A DNA stretch of 64,000 nucleotides from Felis catus (lineage: Eukaryota). The stretch lies in assembly GCF_018350175.1 (NCBI RefSeq), contig NC_058383.1:19594001-19658000 (forward strand), given 5' to 3'. This document shows positions 26,251 through 39,500 of this stretch, in pieces (positions within the stretch are counted from its first letter, which is position 1; each line of letters opens with the position of its first letter). The notes under the pieces were generated by a model. The model saw nothing but the letters and a program-made list of their open reading frames with translations. It was not told the DNA's origin and ran no database searches. Made by a program: the position numbers and the translations under genes.

Positions 26251-26758
26251 ACAAAGCCCCAAGTCTGCCGCTGGTGAGCCAGAGACTCAGGGGCGTGACT
26301 GCATGGCCTATTTGGGGAACAATACCCCCCCCCCAGTACCAGAATGGGTGGACTGGGCAGAGGAGGCCGCCAGCAGGAGGGAAGTGGTGAGGCTGGAGAC
26401 TGGAGAGGTCAGTGGTGCCCAGAGCCCAGAGGAGCAGGACCAGGACCCCGCCCCGTGGGCCGTGGAAGCCATGGAAGGTTCTCAGCAGGTTACTGGGCTG
26501 GGGACGTATCTGGCCCTTGGGGACCCTCTGCAGATGAGAGCGGTGTCTCAGATGCTGGGGCTGATTGAAAAGGAGAAGAAAAGCCACAAGGATGCCATGG
26601 TCAGGTTTCCAGGAACCAGCCTCCGTCACGGGGAACTGTCACCACCACTGTCTGCTCCCACGGCCACCTGGCACGTGGCACAGGCTCACTTCCCTTTCAG
26701 GCAGGGGCTGCCAAGCCCCGAGGGTGGTCCTGAGAAGGCCCTGGAAGGTAGGGAGAGT

Positions 26759-26938
26759 CTGGTTTTTTCAACCTCAGCACCTCTGACATCCGGGCTGGAC
26801 AATTCTTTGCGTCGGGGGCTGTCCTGTGCGTGGTGCATCCTGGGCCCTAGGCACTGAGGGCCAACAGCACGTCTTCCCAGTTGTGACAGCCGACGGTGTC
26901 TCCAGACGTTGCCAAGCATCCCCTGGAGGGGCCACTGA
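26759..26938 (-). mobile_element. MER20 (hAT-Charlie) DNA transposon fossil
   Basis: Reverse complement resembles MER20 (tggcaacgtctggagac...gttgtcacaactggg...gcacaggacagccccc). Confidence 0.8.
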
Positions 26939-27392
26939 TTTGCTGTTGTGGTGGAGGGGCGGGCTAGACCCCCTGCTGGTGACATTTTCCCCCCACCTGC
27001 CGAACGGGGCTGAGGAGACCCGCCGCACGAGATAATAACGGGGATGCGGCGGGGTCACCGAGCCTGGCAGAGGAGGGGCTCAACACACAGCAGGGCTCAC
27101 GATTACGTGCCTGGGTGACAACTATTTCGCCTGCCTCTGCGGTGGGGCCGGAGGGCCTGGACCGTGAGTGCGGCCGTGTCCCCAGCACAGCCACCGAGCT
27201 GGCTCAGCCGTGCCTGCCGCTGTCTCTCAGGACCCTACACCCGGCCTCAGGAAGCCTCCAGTTGAAAGGTGCCCGGAATCCACAGCGACGGCCACCGGCG
27301 TCCCTCAGCGACAGCAGGCCGCTAATTCCCCACCTCCATTTCTGCGCCTCCACAAGCCACTGTTCTCCTCAGTGCAGCGATGGTTTCCAAGC

Positions 27393-27593
27393 TTTTTTCA
27401 AATGTTTTATTGTATTTTTGAGAGCGTGCAAGTGGGGGAGGGGAAAAGAGAGAGGGAGACACAGAATCCAAAGCAGGTTCCAGGCTCCGAGCTGTCAGCG
27501 CAGAGCCCCATGCGGGGCCTGAACCCACGAACCCTGAGATCGTGATCCCAGCCGAAGTCGGACGCTCACCAGACTGAGCCACCCAGGGGCCCC
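27393..27593 (-). mobile_element. Can-SINE
   Basis: Head, body and tail recognisable. Confidence 0.9.
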
Positions 27594-28426
27594 TGCGGTG
27601 ATCATTTGAAAGCAAAACCTCCAAAGTCTCCCTGCCATTCTCGAAGAAACGGGAGTCCTCACTGTGACAGGACTGTCACCCATCATCTCATTTCTGCCTC
27701 CCCAGACCCCTGCGAGCTGGGCAGGCAAAGACTGGCCCATCCAGCCTGGGAGGGTGGAGTCAGGTGACCAAGGAGAGACCAGGTTCTCTGGTGAATGGGT
27801 GGGAGAGACGGCTGAGGGGAAGGGACAGCAACGCCCTGTCCACTCCTGCTCCAATCACCTTCGAGCAGGAGCCTCTCAGTTCCCCGTAACCCACATGTGA
27901 ATCTCGGTGCCCAGCAGAGACAGGGTCCTCGTTTCTCCAGGGCCGGGGCAGGGGGCTTGTCGGGGGTGACAAACGTGCATATCCAGGTGTGTGCAACGCA
28001 GAAATAAAAACAGCAGCAGGTGGCCTGCTGGGAGGCTGCTGTGTGCCAGGTGCTGGTATCTGATTTAGTCCCCAGAACAGCTCTAGGAGGCAGGTGCTGT
28101 TCTTACCGCCACCGCACAAAGAAACGGAGGCACGGAGAACGTAAGCTGCCCGTCCAGGGCTGTGCAGATAGGAAGGAATGAAACCGGAATTCCAACCCCG
28201 GGCAGTGTGGCACCAGAGCCTGGGCTGTCACCCACCGCCCCGCGATCCCGATCACGAAGGCCCGCGCGGGACCCTGTAGGAACACAGCTCACATAAGCAC
28301 AGGTGCACATGAAACCACACCCTCGCTGGCGCACTCACGTGCCGCTCACGCTCAGAGGCGGAAGTCCCCACCGGCGAGAGGTCCACCGCGCGCGGTCACG
28401 CAGGCCTGGGAGGCCCCGCCCTACTT

Positions 28427-28480
28427 GCTCGCGCATGCTCTTTGAACACAGCCGCTCGCGCATGCTCTTTGAACACAGCC
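28427..28480 (+). repeat. Perfect 27-bp tandem duplication GCTCGCGCATGCTCTTTGAACACAGCC
   Basis: Copies at 28427-28453 and 28454-28480. Confidence 0.95.
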
Positions 28481-31084
28481 GCACACGCCTGCGTAGAAAG
28501 CGTGCAACACCGCCGTCCCCCCAAGGGCACCCGTGTGCAAGCACACGCTCGTTGTCCTGTCGGCGCAGACGTATATACGTGCACGTGGGCGCACTTGCTT
28601 AGAAGTATTCGCGGAGCACCTGCTAGGCGCCAGACGCTGTGCCGGGGAGACGGCGGTGAGGAGCACAGTGGCCGCCTTCCCAGGGCGCGTCCTTCAGCGG
28701 GGGCACATGCCTGCGTAGGTCCGCGCCTGCGATCGTCCCAGCCGGCCGATCGACCCTGGCTCTCACGTATTTACCGCGTGTGAGAGGCAGAGCTGAGCGT
28801 TGGGAGGCCGCGGGAGCACCGTCCTCCCGTGTGCACACGCGTGAGTCCAGTCCCCTTTTTGGCAGGAGCCGCAGGGCACAACCTGGGTCTTGGCAAGAGG
28901 CGAATGCGGTGCAGGGGACAGAAATCAGTGTTACTTTCAGCAGCCTCTGTGGTCTGAGGGTCCCGGACCCTCCTTCAACACGTCTGAAGCCAGACCGTGA
29001 TCCGAGTGACAAATGCCATGTGCATTTGCAGACACGGGCACACGCCCCCGTACGCTGGTATATGGGCACATGTGTGTGCCAGCCGCCCAGCCCTCTCAGG
29101 GCCCCCCGCCCCATCAAGAGCCTCCTCCCCAAAGTTCCCAACCGCCTCACCCCCCCCCCCCCCAACTTACACCTAAGGGAGCCACAGCCCAGAGCCACTT
29201 GGGTCCTCCAAGAGGCTGCACACACAGGGAAGAAGGGCACCGATGACTCCACTTCCAGGCAGCTGTGGTGAGTTTCTGCAAAGACTCCCTTCCTCAAAGA
29301 GGCTCCTCTTTACTGAAAGTGCAGGCTGCTGTGGTTTCCCCGCACTGACACGGAGGAAAGGTCAAACTCACAAAATTGTTTACCAAAAAACTGCCCATCA
29401 GTGGATCAGCAAGCATGTACTGACAGCTGCCGTTTGCACCCTGGGCCGCCTGCAGCGCCGCGGGGAAAGAGGGAGAGGAGTAAGCACGGTTTGTCCTACC
29501 GAAAGGTCAAGGACCACGCGGGAGCTGTGGTTGGTCCAGAAGAGAAGGAGCTCCATGCACAAAGCCGGGTGGTGGTGGATGGGGGGGGGGGGGGCTAAGG
29601 AGGGGAAGCATGTTCTGGGCAGACCAAAACAGGTGTTCCTTTGGCCCCCCCCCAAATCACAGCTGGCAGTGGACCGCTAAGCCAACCATCAAGAAACAAA
29701 AAACAAAAACTTTACATGTGGCATTTGCTGCTGTCTGTGGTGTGAACAACACCCCCGCCCCGGCCAGTTTCAACCCGAGCCGAGCCGCCAAACGCGGGGT
29801 TGACAGGGATGCGCACAACGGACCCGCGGGAGGGAGCCGGTGCGAGCCCGCCTCGGCACCCCGCGGATCCACGGCCTTCTCTTTCCAGCGACAGGTGGAG
29901 GACGGAGCCAGAAGTCCCGGTTACGAAGGCCAAGGTCGGAAACAAAACCACTGCTCGTTCCTCAGTGCATGTCCTGGTTTGCCCTTTCATTAACTCGGCA
30001 CCCAACCCTGCGCTGGATGCCGGCCCCCCACCCCCGGGGGTTGCCTCAGCCCATCCTACCTGTGCTGATGGGGAAGCACAGGTGCTGAGGAGCCCGGAAG
30101 ACTTCTCGGAGGAGGCGGCATCTAAGCTGAAACATAACGCAGTGAGATCGTGAGCGAGGGGTAAGAAAGGGCTCTTTCTGAGCAGAGGAAATAGCCTGAA
30201 TGAGGGCTTTAGCCATGTCACGCACTTCTTGGGTAACCCAGCCAAAGCATCCTGTTGAACAGACTTCTTAAATGAGCCAGCATAAGTGCCATACGGGTCC
30301 TCACTCCTGTCGTCCTCAGATGACCCTGCGAGGTACTTACTATGTTTAACCCCCTTGTACCTATGGGACAACGGAGACCAAGAGGAGGTGAGCCAACAGA
30401 TCCGCGATCACTGGTTCCCTCGGCCTCTGCACACACCTCCTCTGAGCATCTGAAGTGGGTGCAGCTTGGGGAAATTTTCGGGGGTACCCAGACACGGCAA
30501 CCACCTGTAAGTTCAGTTTTGGGTTTAATTAAATGTCAGCGTGTGGGAAGTGATCTGTTCAGCTCAAGCGTAGTCCTCGCCCCCCTTTACACACAAACAA
30601 GGCAAGAGTGCGGTCCACGGTCGAAGTGTTTCCCGGAGACGTCAGTCAGCCAGTCAGCACACGCTGGTCAGCATCGGCACATCTTGGCCTGGCCTGGGGC
30701 CGAGACGTTTAGAGTGAGCCCTTGTTCACTCTCAGTCTTGTCTTGTTTTTCCACTGAGCGTTTCGTCTGGGCCGGGCCCGGGGCTGGGGGCTGGGAGTCA
30801 CAAGAGGAAATAGATTCTAGTCCCTGTTCTCCACGTGTCTGGTAGGAGAGACGCCCCAGCAGTGACTTCCTGTATGTTTGAAATATTCCGTCATCAAATA
30901 CAGAAAATAAAATTGACAGTTACAATAAGTGATCGTAACGGGGTATGTGCTGAAGAGAGATCAATTCTGCCCTGTGTTTAGGAACGGGCTCAGAGGGAAA
31001 TGTCCACTGAAACGGGGCACTAGAAGGTGATATTTCATCAATTACTGGGTGGTTGGGGGTGGGGGGGCAAGTTGGGAGTGATGA

Positions 31085-31358
31085 TATCTAGGGATGGCCA
31101 GGTCGCGGGGTCTAGGGGTGACAGGTCATGGGTCTAGGGGTGCCCAGGCCATGGTGTCTGTGGCTGACTGAGTCACGGTATCTAGGGATGGCCAGGTCAT
31201 GGGTGTAGGGGTGACAGGTCATGGTATCTACGGGTGACAGATCATTGGTCTGGGAGTGACAGGTCATGGGCCTAGGGGTGCCCAGGCCATGGTGTCTGTG
31301 GGTGGCCGGGTCATATTGAGTAGTGGTGCCCAGATCCCAGTGTCTAGGGGGCCCCGGG
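31085..31358 (+). repeat. Degenerate ~23-24 bp minisatellite (consensus ~GGGTGACAGGTCATGGTGTCTAG), left part
   Basis: About 11 recognisable units. Confidence 0.85.
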
Positions 31359-31359
31359 T

Positions 31360-32107
31360 ATGATTTCGACACTAATTTCCACGGGTGTGGGTCTCTACAC
31401 CACCAAGCCGTTAACTCCATTCTAACACTACCTGCCTGGAGATGCACCAGATCCCACAGGTTGAGGGCTCAGTCCTACCAGACGGCCCTGCCCCCCACGC
31501 TGCAGACACCCATGTCAAGTCCGGCTGTCACCTGCGCTTCTGGCAGACCAGCAACCGATCAGAGGTTCCACTTCTGCTCCCCGGGCTCCTCTCGTTTGCT
31601 AGAGCCGCTCAATGTCACTTACTAGGTCTCCGGTCTATTACGAAGGGATAGAACTCAGGAACAGCCAGATTTAGGGTTCTCGGGCAAGATACGGGGAGAG
31701 CCCAGAACTTCCAGGCTTCGCTGGAGCTCGCCATTCTCCCAGCCCCTCCGTGTTCACCAACCCAGACGTCCGTCCCCCTGAACTTAATCCTTTTTGGGTT
31801 TTATGGAGGCTTCGTTACTTAGTCATGATTGGCCGTTGGTGACTGAACTCGATCTGCAGCCCCCCTCCCTTCCCCAGAGGTCAAGGAGGTAGGACCAACG
31901 CTTTCAACGGAAGGACACGGTTGGTTCCCCTGGCAACCAGCCCCATCCTAAGGTGGCCTAGGGACTTCCCAAAGGTCACCTCATTAACATAACAAAAGAC
32001 ACATTATGGCTCTAATCACTTAGGAAATTCCAAGGGTTTTAGGAGCTCTGAGCCAGAAAGGGGACAAAACCAAACATACATTTCTTACCGTAAATCACAA
32101 TATCACA
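31360..32107 (-). mobile_element. MER21-like solo LTR
   Basis: Minus strand begins TGTGATATTGTGATTTA...GAGCTCCTAAAACCCTTGGAATTTCCTAAGTGA. Confidence 0.8.
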
Positions 32108-32117
32108 CCAGCTTGCG

Positions 32118-32268
32118 GATTCTAGGGTGCCCAGGTCATGTCTCGAGGCGATAGGTCAAGGTGTCTCGGGGTGACCGGGTCATGTCGTACAGGGGTGACA
32201 GGTCACAGTGTACCCAGGGCCAACAGGTCCTGCTACTTTGGGGCGACAGGTCACGATGTCTAGGGTGT
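32118..32268 (+). repeat. Right part of the same minisatellite
   Basis: About 6 more diverged GACAGGTCA-containing units. Confidence 0.8.
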
Positions 32269-33124
32269 AAAGTAGGCTGAAGGGACAAGAAGAGAAGGAG
32301 CCAGGACCCAGGTGGCAAAGGGGTTTGGACTCTGAGCTGTAGACCAGTGTCTACATGAACACCGCCACAGGCCATTTCTTCCATGCTTCCCTTTTCTCCT
32401 CCACCATTGTGTCCTTAAACTTGCTCTCATAGGGCCTTGCTTGTTTTCTTTAAGTCATTTTATTTTAAAAAGAAACGTTGTCCTCCTCACACATGGAAGA
32501 CAAGAATCCTGTATCACAAATAGAAGGGAACTGTAAAAACAAAAACAGTGAAACCAAAACTGAGTTCTTAAATTCTAGCGACACGCTGCGACCGTGGAAG
32601 GCTAGTCAGATGAGGACAGCATTGAAAAAGATTCGTTTCCTCGGCTCACAGCCCTTTTACGCCACACCCATGTGCCACCTAAAAGCACCTCGGCTTTGTG
32701 TCCCCCACCTGGGTTACCCTGGGGTGAGTGACCCATACTCCCGCCCTACTGGGAGCCAGGAGGTACCGGGAGCAGGGAAGGGAGGCGACTAGCCCGAGTC
32801 TTGGGAAAGAGGGAGTAAATGGGCCGCCTGGGGCAAAGCCTGCTCTGGCCTTAGCAACTGGGACCCAGAAGGAGGAGGTTTGGGGAGGGGGATGGAGAGC
32901 CCACGTGGGATATGCTGATTCTGAGATGTGGGGACGTCCATGTGGGGATCCATTCCTTTGTTCGGAAAGTATTTACGGAGCACCTACTGTGTTCTAAGGC
33001 CCTGGGGATAAAGCGGTGAACCAACCAAACAAAAACCTCTGTCCCCCCCGTGGGGTCTACGTTCTTGTGGGGGAGATGTGGGAGCCCTGATAAGAAATAA
33101 GGGAGTTAATAATACCTCATAATA

Positions 33125-33293
33125 GGGGCACCTGGGTGGCTCAGTCCGTTGAGCCTGACTCTTGATTTTGGCTCAGGCCATGATCTCAGGGTTTGTGAGT
33201 TCGAGCCCCACATCGGGCTCTGTGCTGATGGTGCGGAGCCTGCTTGGGATTCTGTCTTCCCTTCTCTCTTCTCTCTGCCCCTCTGCAGCTTGT

Positions 33294-33332
<39 letters not shown>

Positions 33333-33350
33333 ATAAACTTAAAAAATTGT
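33125..33350 (+). mobile_element. Can-SINE
   Basis: Head and long (CT)n. Confidence 0.92.
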
Positions 33351-33629
33351 TTTTAAATATGTCATAATATATGTCACATTAGATAGTGATGCGTACTGGG
33401 TAAAACACGTGTGTCTGGGTGGGGGAGGTGAGAACTGAGATGGATGTATGGGTCTGGAGTTCAGGCAAGAGACCTGGGCTGGGGAGACCTATTTAGAAGA
33501 CATCATTCATTCATTCATTCATTCATTCAACAAATGTTTGTGGAGCGCAATCTATGTATCAGCCACTGTGCTGGTACACACAGCCTTCGAAACTCTAGTC
33601 CAGTTATAGTTAACTCGATGGTGATGGGG

Positions 33630-34167
33630 TGCAGGGGAGGTCGCCCCCAAATGCCCCAAATAATCAAAATATTGATTATTTTGAATTAAAGTTACTTAAG
33701 ACAGCGTGTGCAGAAAGGACACTGGGACCCTCCTCTGTCCCCCTGAAAGCAGGGAATAAATCTCTTGGGGGAGAGGTCCCCTCCGTGTACCAGGTGGTAA
33801 AGAGATGCCCTTCTCACCAGAGAGGGGACGGTCAGGGCCGAAAAGGCTGTAGAAACAAACCTTGTTACTCTTACCACTTCATCGCCTCAACCCAAATTTT
33901 GCTTACAACTCCTTACTAGTTGAAGCTCCCAAGCATAATTTTCCTCTGTCCTGTCCGTTCCTCACGGATTTGCGTTTGTCTACAGCATATCAAAGCTGCA
34001 TGCTTTTTCGTCGTTTTTTGGGTCTCAGTTTTATCATTGGATCTCCCTGTGCACCTCATTACACTTGGGTTTGTTTTTTCTGCCATTAGTCTGTCTCCTA
34101 TCAATTTAATTCTTAGACCAGCCCGAAGAACCCTTGAAGGGGACAAGAAAAGTTTTCCTCCTCAACA
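33630..34167 (+). mobile_element. ERV1-type solo LTR (MER34-like)
   Basis: TG...CA; gattattttgaattaaag near the start, aaaagttttcctcctcaaca at the end. Confidence 0.7.
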
Positions 34168-34913
34168 ATGGAAACAGATGAGATTGCCCATGGAGCGTGT
34201 GGGTGGGTGGGTGTGGTGGGGGGTGCTGGGGACCCCCAATGTTTAAGGTGGGGCAGAAGGGAAGACCCAAGGAAAGGAGCCTGAACAGGAGCAAGCGGCC
34301 GTTAGCAGAAGAACCAACAAGGGCAGAAAGGTATGGACTGAAGCAGACCTGAACTTGGTGGCTGGTCTCTGTGAAGGCAGTTTTGCAGCTTCTGCACAGA
34401 GAGGGCTGGGGAGTGGGTGTGCAGGGAGGAAGTGGAAACAGAGGAGACAGCTTTCAAGAACGTGGCTGGGGAGGGAAGGAGACAGAGAGAAAGAAGGAGA
34501 AGTAGGAGGGGTGGAGGGAAACTTTGACGGCTTGCAGAATGAGGGGACTTGACCAGAGGCCCGCAGGGATGGGCAGAAGGCGGCAGAGGGAAGGAGCTGA
34601 GAACACGGGGGACGGTGGTGTCTGGGGTCCAGAGAGAGTGGTGGGCTCAACCTTGGAGCCAAGGGCCGACCCTATTTCAGGAACGTTTACGTAACTCGAG
34701 CTCAGGGAAAAATGCAAGTGAAGGTCTTCTTCAAAAAGTACTAAGAATTCAAAATGGTGACTCTTGGTACCCAGATGGGTAGTGGAGAAGAGGCTTGACT
34801 TCTTGGCTTGGCTGAGTTGACAGAAGCCACTGGATGTGCAGACTGGGTGCCGATCATGAGAGAGAGAATGGGGATGTGGGGATAGGGCTTGAGGAAAAGG
34901 CCGGGAAATATCC

Positions 34914-35405
34914 GTGTATTCGTTCCCTATTGTTGCCGTAACAAGTTGCTGCACATCTAGTGGCTTGAAACGAACATCCATTATCTTACAAGTCCTGGAG
35001 GTCAGGAGACCAAGATCGGTCTCGCTGAGCTGAAAATCAAGACGTCAGCCGTCCTGCATTCCTGCTGGAGAAATCTAGGGAAGAATCTGTCCTTGTCTCT
35101 TCCAGCTTTTAGCGGTCACCTGCATTCCTGGCTCACGGACGCCAGCTGCATGGAATCTTCACCTTTCTCTGGGACACTAACTCTCCTACATCCCCTTTTC
35201 ACGATTATAGGGACCCTTGTGATTCTAAGAGCCTTGGGCCCCTCCAAATAATCTAGGATAATCTTTCCATTGCAAAGTCAGTTGATCAGCTGACCAGATT
35301 CCACCTTCAACCTTGACCCCGCCTTGCACTGTAACATAACAGATTCACGGTTTCCAGGGACTAGGATGTCAATATCTTTGGAGGTTCATTATTCTACCTG
35401 CTACA
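34914..35405 (-). mobile_element. MaLR solo LTR (MLT1D-like)
   Basis: tgtatt...tgccgtaacaa...agtggcttgaaac...attattctacctgctaca. Confidence 0.8.
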
Positions 35406-35494
35406 ATCTTTAAGGCTGCTTTATGGCTGCAAAAGAAACTCCACAGTGACTTAAACAAAAGCAGGTTTATGGTTTATTTAAGAATCCAGAGGTT

Positions 35495-35728
35495 GGGGCG
35501 CCTGGGTGGCTCAGTCGGTTAAGCGTCCGACTTCGGCTCAGGTCATGATCTCGCGGTCCGTGAGTTCAAGCCCCACATTGGGCTCTGTGCTGACAGCTCA
35601 GAGCCTGGAGCCTGTTTCCGATTCTGTGTCTCCCTCTCTCTCTGGCCCTCCCCCGTTCATGCTCTGTCTCTCTCTGTCTCAAAAATAAATAAACGTTAAA
35701 AAAAAAAAAGTTAAAAAAAAAAAAAAAG
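35495..35728 (+). mobile_element. Can-SINE
   Basis: TSD aagaatccagaggtt. Confidence 0.95.
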
Positions 35729-36296
35729 AATCCAGAGGTTGATTTGATCACTTGATGATGTAATCAAGGACTCATGGTCTTTTCTTCTCCCACGTGGCCA
35801 TATTCAAGACACTAGCTTTCATTTCCGGTCTTGTTCCCTCATGATCACGAGATGGTTGCCAAACCACCAGACATCACATCCAAAGCAGCATGGATGATGG
35901 CAAAGGGACCTTCTCTTACTGCCACTCTCTTTGGTTAAAAAAGGAGAACTGCCAGCTTGCCCTGCGGTTCCGTGGCAAAAAGGAAGGACCAGATATGTTG
36001 ACCAACTCGAGCTGAATTTACCAGCTGGAAATCAGGAAATGCCAGTTCCTGGTTGGGGTGGGGTGTCAGTGTATAGGAGTGAGGAGTCCAGATGGCCAGA
36101 ATCACAGTCTACAGCTGGGGTCAAAGATTAGTTTGTGGCCAGGGAAAGGGGTCAGCATGTGGCTGGGGTCAGTGTGCAACCAGGATCATGATGAATAGGT
36201 CCATAGCGTGGGTCAGGAATCATTCTATGGCTTGAGTCAGAAGTCATTCTGTGGTTGGAGTCAGATTTCAAACTGGAGCTAGGATCAGAAGTTTGG

Positions 36297-36505
36297 GGGT
36301 GCGCCCGGGTGGCTCAGTCGGTTGGGCGTCCGACTCACGGTCTGTGGGTTCGAGCCCCGCGTCGGGCTCTGTGCTGACAGCTCAGAGCCTGGAGCCTGCT
36401 TCCGATCCTGTGTCTCCCCCTCTCTCTGCCCCTCCCCTGCTTGTGTGCTCGCGCTTTCTCTCGTTCTCTCTCTCAAAAATAAGTAAATAAACTTAAAAAA
36501 AAGAG
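36297..36505 (+). mobile_element. Can-SINE
   Basis: TSD agaagtttgg. Confidence 0.92.
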
Positions 36506-39500
36506 AGAGAGAAGTTTGGTTTAGCATTGCGCTCTCTCTCCCTGCACCTCTCCCGTCTCATTCTCCGGATTATTTACACTGATGTGAGTGTATTTAGTCG
36601 GATCCAGGAGACGAGGTGAGCTTAGGGCCCTACTCTGCCATCTTCCCAGCCTCTCTCCTCTCCTTCTCCTTCTCTGATGAGATCTGCTGAAGGCTTGGTG
36701 ACTTGGGTCTGTGGGGAAGAGAGAAGCCGAGTCTGGGCAAGACCCTTAAAGACAGGCGGGGGGAGGGGTATGGAGGAAGAAAAGACTGCAGTAAAACGTC
36801 GGTGGAGAAAATACATACAATGTGTATGGACAGATGGGGAGAGATACGTGAGCCAAACAAAGACCTACCCATCCCGCATATGAACAGCATCCAGAGGTGA
36901 TGTGCGGACAGCTACAAACACGAATTGGTGAGGTGATGCCATCGGGACCATTTCTGTCCTTCTGGTGTTCTAGTCTGACCTTTTGGCAATAAATTAGCAT
37001 TAAATTTAGAATGCCGTTGTTTCTCTGAATCATGTTTCGTGCCTTCATTTCCACGATACCCGCGGACCCGTTCGGTCTGACACGAAGAGTGCTAGCAGGC
37101 CCGTGGACAGCGTTGCCCGTGTGCAGGCGCCATTCTGAGCCTTCCACCTAGCGACACACACGCCAATATCGGGTTAATTTTTAACAACTGGTCCATGAGG
37201 GCGGTGCTATTATCGTTCCCATTTTACAGATGAGGAAGCACAGAGAAGTTAAGTGACTGGCCCCGAGCCACACAACCGGTCCTTGGAGCACTCTGAGGTC
37301 CTGTGTGTCAGGCCCTTTTGCGGGTGCAGAAGGGGACAGGGGACAAAGGCAGGTGCGCGGAGATCGCCCACGCCTACTTTTCTGGGCGTGGCATGGCCTC
37401 GGAGCCGCCGAGGCAGAGGCAGGCGCTGGGGCCAGAGCCGGTCACTAGGGGGCAGCAGGGACCAAGGAGCGAGCCTGCAGCCCATCTGAGGCTGCCGGTT
37501 CCCCCCACTGGGCTTGTCAAAAGACACGTGGGAACCGGTGGGATTCTAAGGAAGAGCTGGCGCTGTCCAGCGGCCACCAGGTAACTTAGGCAAATGCATC
37601 ACAAGGGCAGCTGGGCATCCATCACCACCTCTGCTGCTCACCCTACCACTGTGGGCCGTGGGCTGTAGGCTACTTCTTTCCGTCTTTGACCGGGTGGAAA
37701 TTGAGGCCCAGAGTGGTCAAGTACTTTGCCCGCAGCCACACAGCCCCAAATTGGCAAAGGCAGGTTTAAACGAGGCAAGATGAGTGCAGAGCCCTTGTTT
37801 CCCCGAGCCTGTGTTCTCCCCTGGAAAAGGGATATGCGAGGACGGACGAATGGTGGCCACGAGCGACCAGGAATCAGGGCTCCTCAGGGGCAAGTCCTGC
37901 CCACGTCATAGCCTGGGGATCCTAGCTGCGGGGATCCGCTGAGATCACGCCTCTCTCTTGCAGTGGGGGCTCAAAAACTTCTTGCTGTTTTTTTCTTTTT
38001 CTGATTAATAACCTTCGTGGGAAAATAATGTCAGAAAGGTTATTCAACAGGATACGCACGGAGATACACCTTCAAAAACAAACATTCATTTTTGTGACCT
38101 CCCACATGGTTCCAGGAGCAGGGGCGGGGGGGATGGGATTTCCGGTGGTTTTCACTTTCCTCTTTATATCTTTATGTTTTCTCTGAATCAGAGAATCCTG
38201 GCATGTGCCAATTTAGTAATCAGAAACAAACAAATAAGCAGGGTTTTTGTGTAAAAAACAAAAAAAAAAAGAATAAAAATAAGGTAAAACAAAACAAAAT
38301 AATTTTAAAATAAAATAAGATAAAATAAAGTAGAGGCACCCCCCCCCCTTACCAAGGGGAAATCTTGGTAAAATCGAGGCTGGGGGTGTGCAGGGCCGGA
38401 GTGTGAGGGGGGGAACCCTGGAATCGATGCATCGGCAAGCCCAGCCCCTTCACTCTCTGCACCTCTAGTCCTGTCCCGCGGGGGGGCGCTGGGCAACTCC
38501 AGCCTTCAGCATCTCGCTTCGCCCACACCCCTGCCGCCGGCTTCTAGTTCTGGGCTCCCCAGATCTGCCGGACCCTCACCCACTCCTCTGCGGCTCTTGG
38601 GGCAAACATTTGGTGCAGCCAATCCCTGTTCTTCCCCTCATCTTTCCGGATCGTTGCCTCTCCCCTCCACACCAGGGCAATGGACGTCTAAACCAGCAGG
38701 GTCCATTCATCTGCCTTGGCGCGAAATCCCTGTCTACAATTCTCTGTTTTGAGCCGACATTTTCTCTTTCTCTTCTCTTCTGACTTCCTTCCTACAGATC
38801 TCCCCTGAAACTTTGGTCCGTGCTCACAATTTGAAGTTGTGTGTTTCCTTTAACAACTGACTCCCAGGGAGTAGTTACTAAACATTTGAGTGAGGGAGTG
38901 TTCTGCCAGGTGGGGAACTCCTGGCCAGTGAGGGAGTAGGCATGAGCCAGAGAGCTTGGGGACCCGAGAGAGGGCACAGGCAGGGGAGCTCCCACGTCAG
39001 GAGCCATCAGAGACCCACCAGGGAAGCTTGGAAGGAGCCCAGGGGATGATGAAGATGAAAAGGGACTCGATCTCCAGGACAACCCCAGGAGGGAGGTGTT
39101 ATTATCTGTCCTGTTTTACAAATGAGAAAGCTCAGGCGTAAAGGGGTGCAGCAGAGAAGCGGGCTGGGGCTCCCTGCCCCGAATACCCTTGGGGTTTCTT
39201 GCCTAATGTGGAGACCTGGGAGGCCAAGAACCAGATTTTAAGGGGATTTTTAAAAGTCCTTTGTTGAAGAAATGTCCAGAAAGGCCCTGGCAGCCAGCCA
39301 TTCCCTGGGGGAAGTCACTTCAGTCCTGAGTGAGAATATCAGCAATGAGGATTTTTAAGCCGCTGCCCCCACCCCCCTCCCCTTGGCTGTAGTCAGGAGG
39401 GCTGTAGTCCCCTGCTTATGGGTAGCTTAGTTTGGGGTTGGCTGGTTTCTTTCGGACCATGTATCTCAGTGCATGGGCTAATGTGCAGTCGAGCCAAGAT

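Noticed and set aside
31085..32268. Short periodic repeats resembling a CRISPR array
   Set aside because: Eukaryotic context, degenerate units with no unique spacers, and no cas genes.
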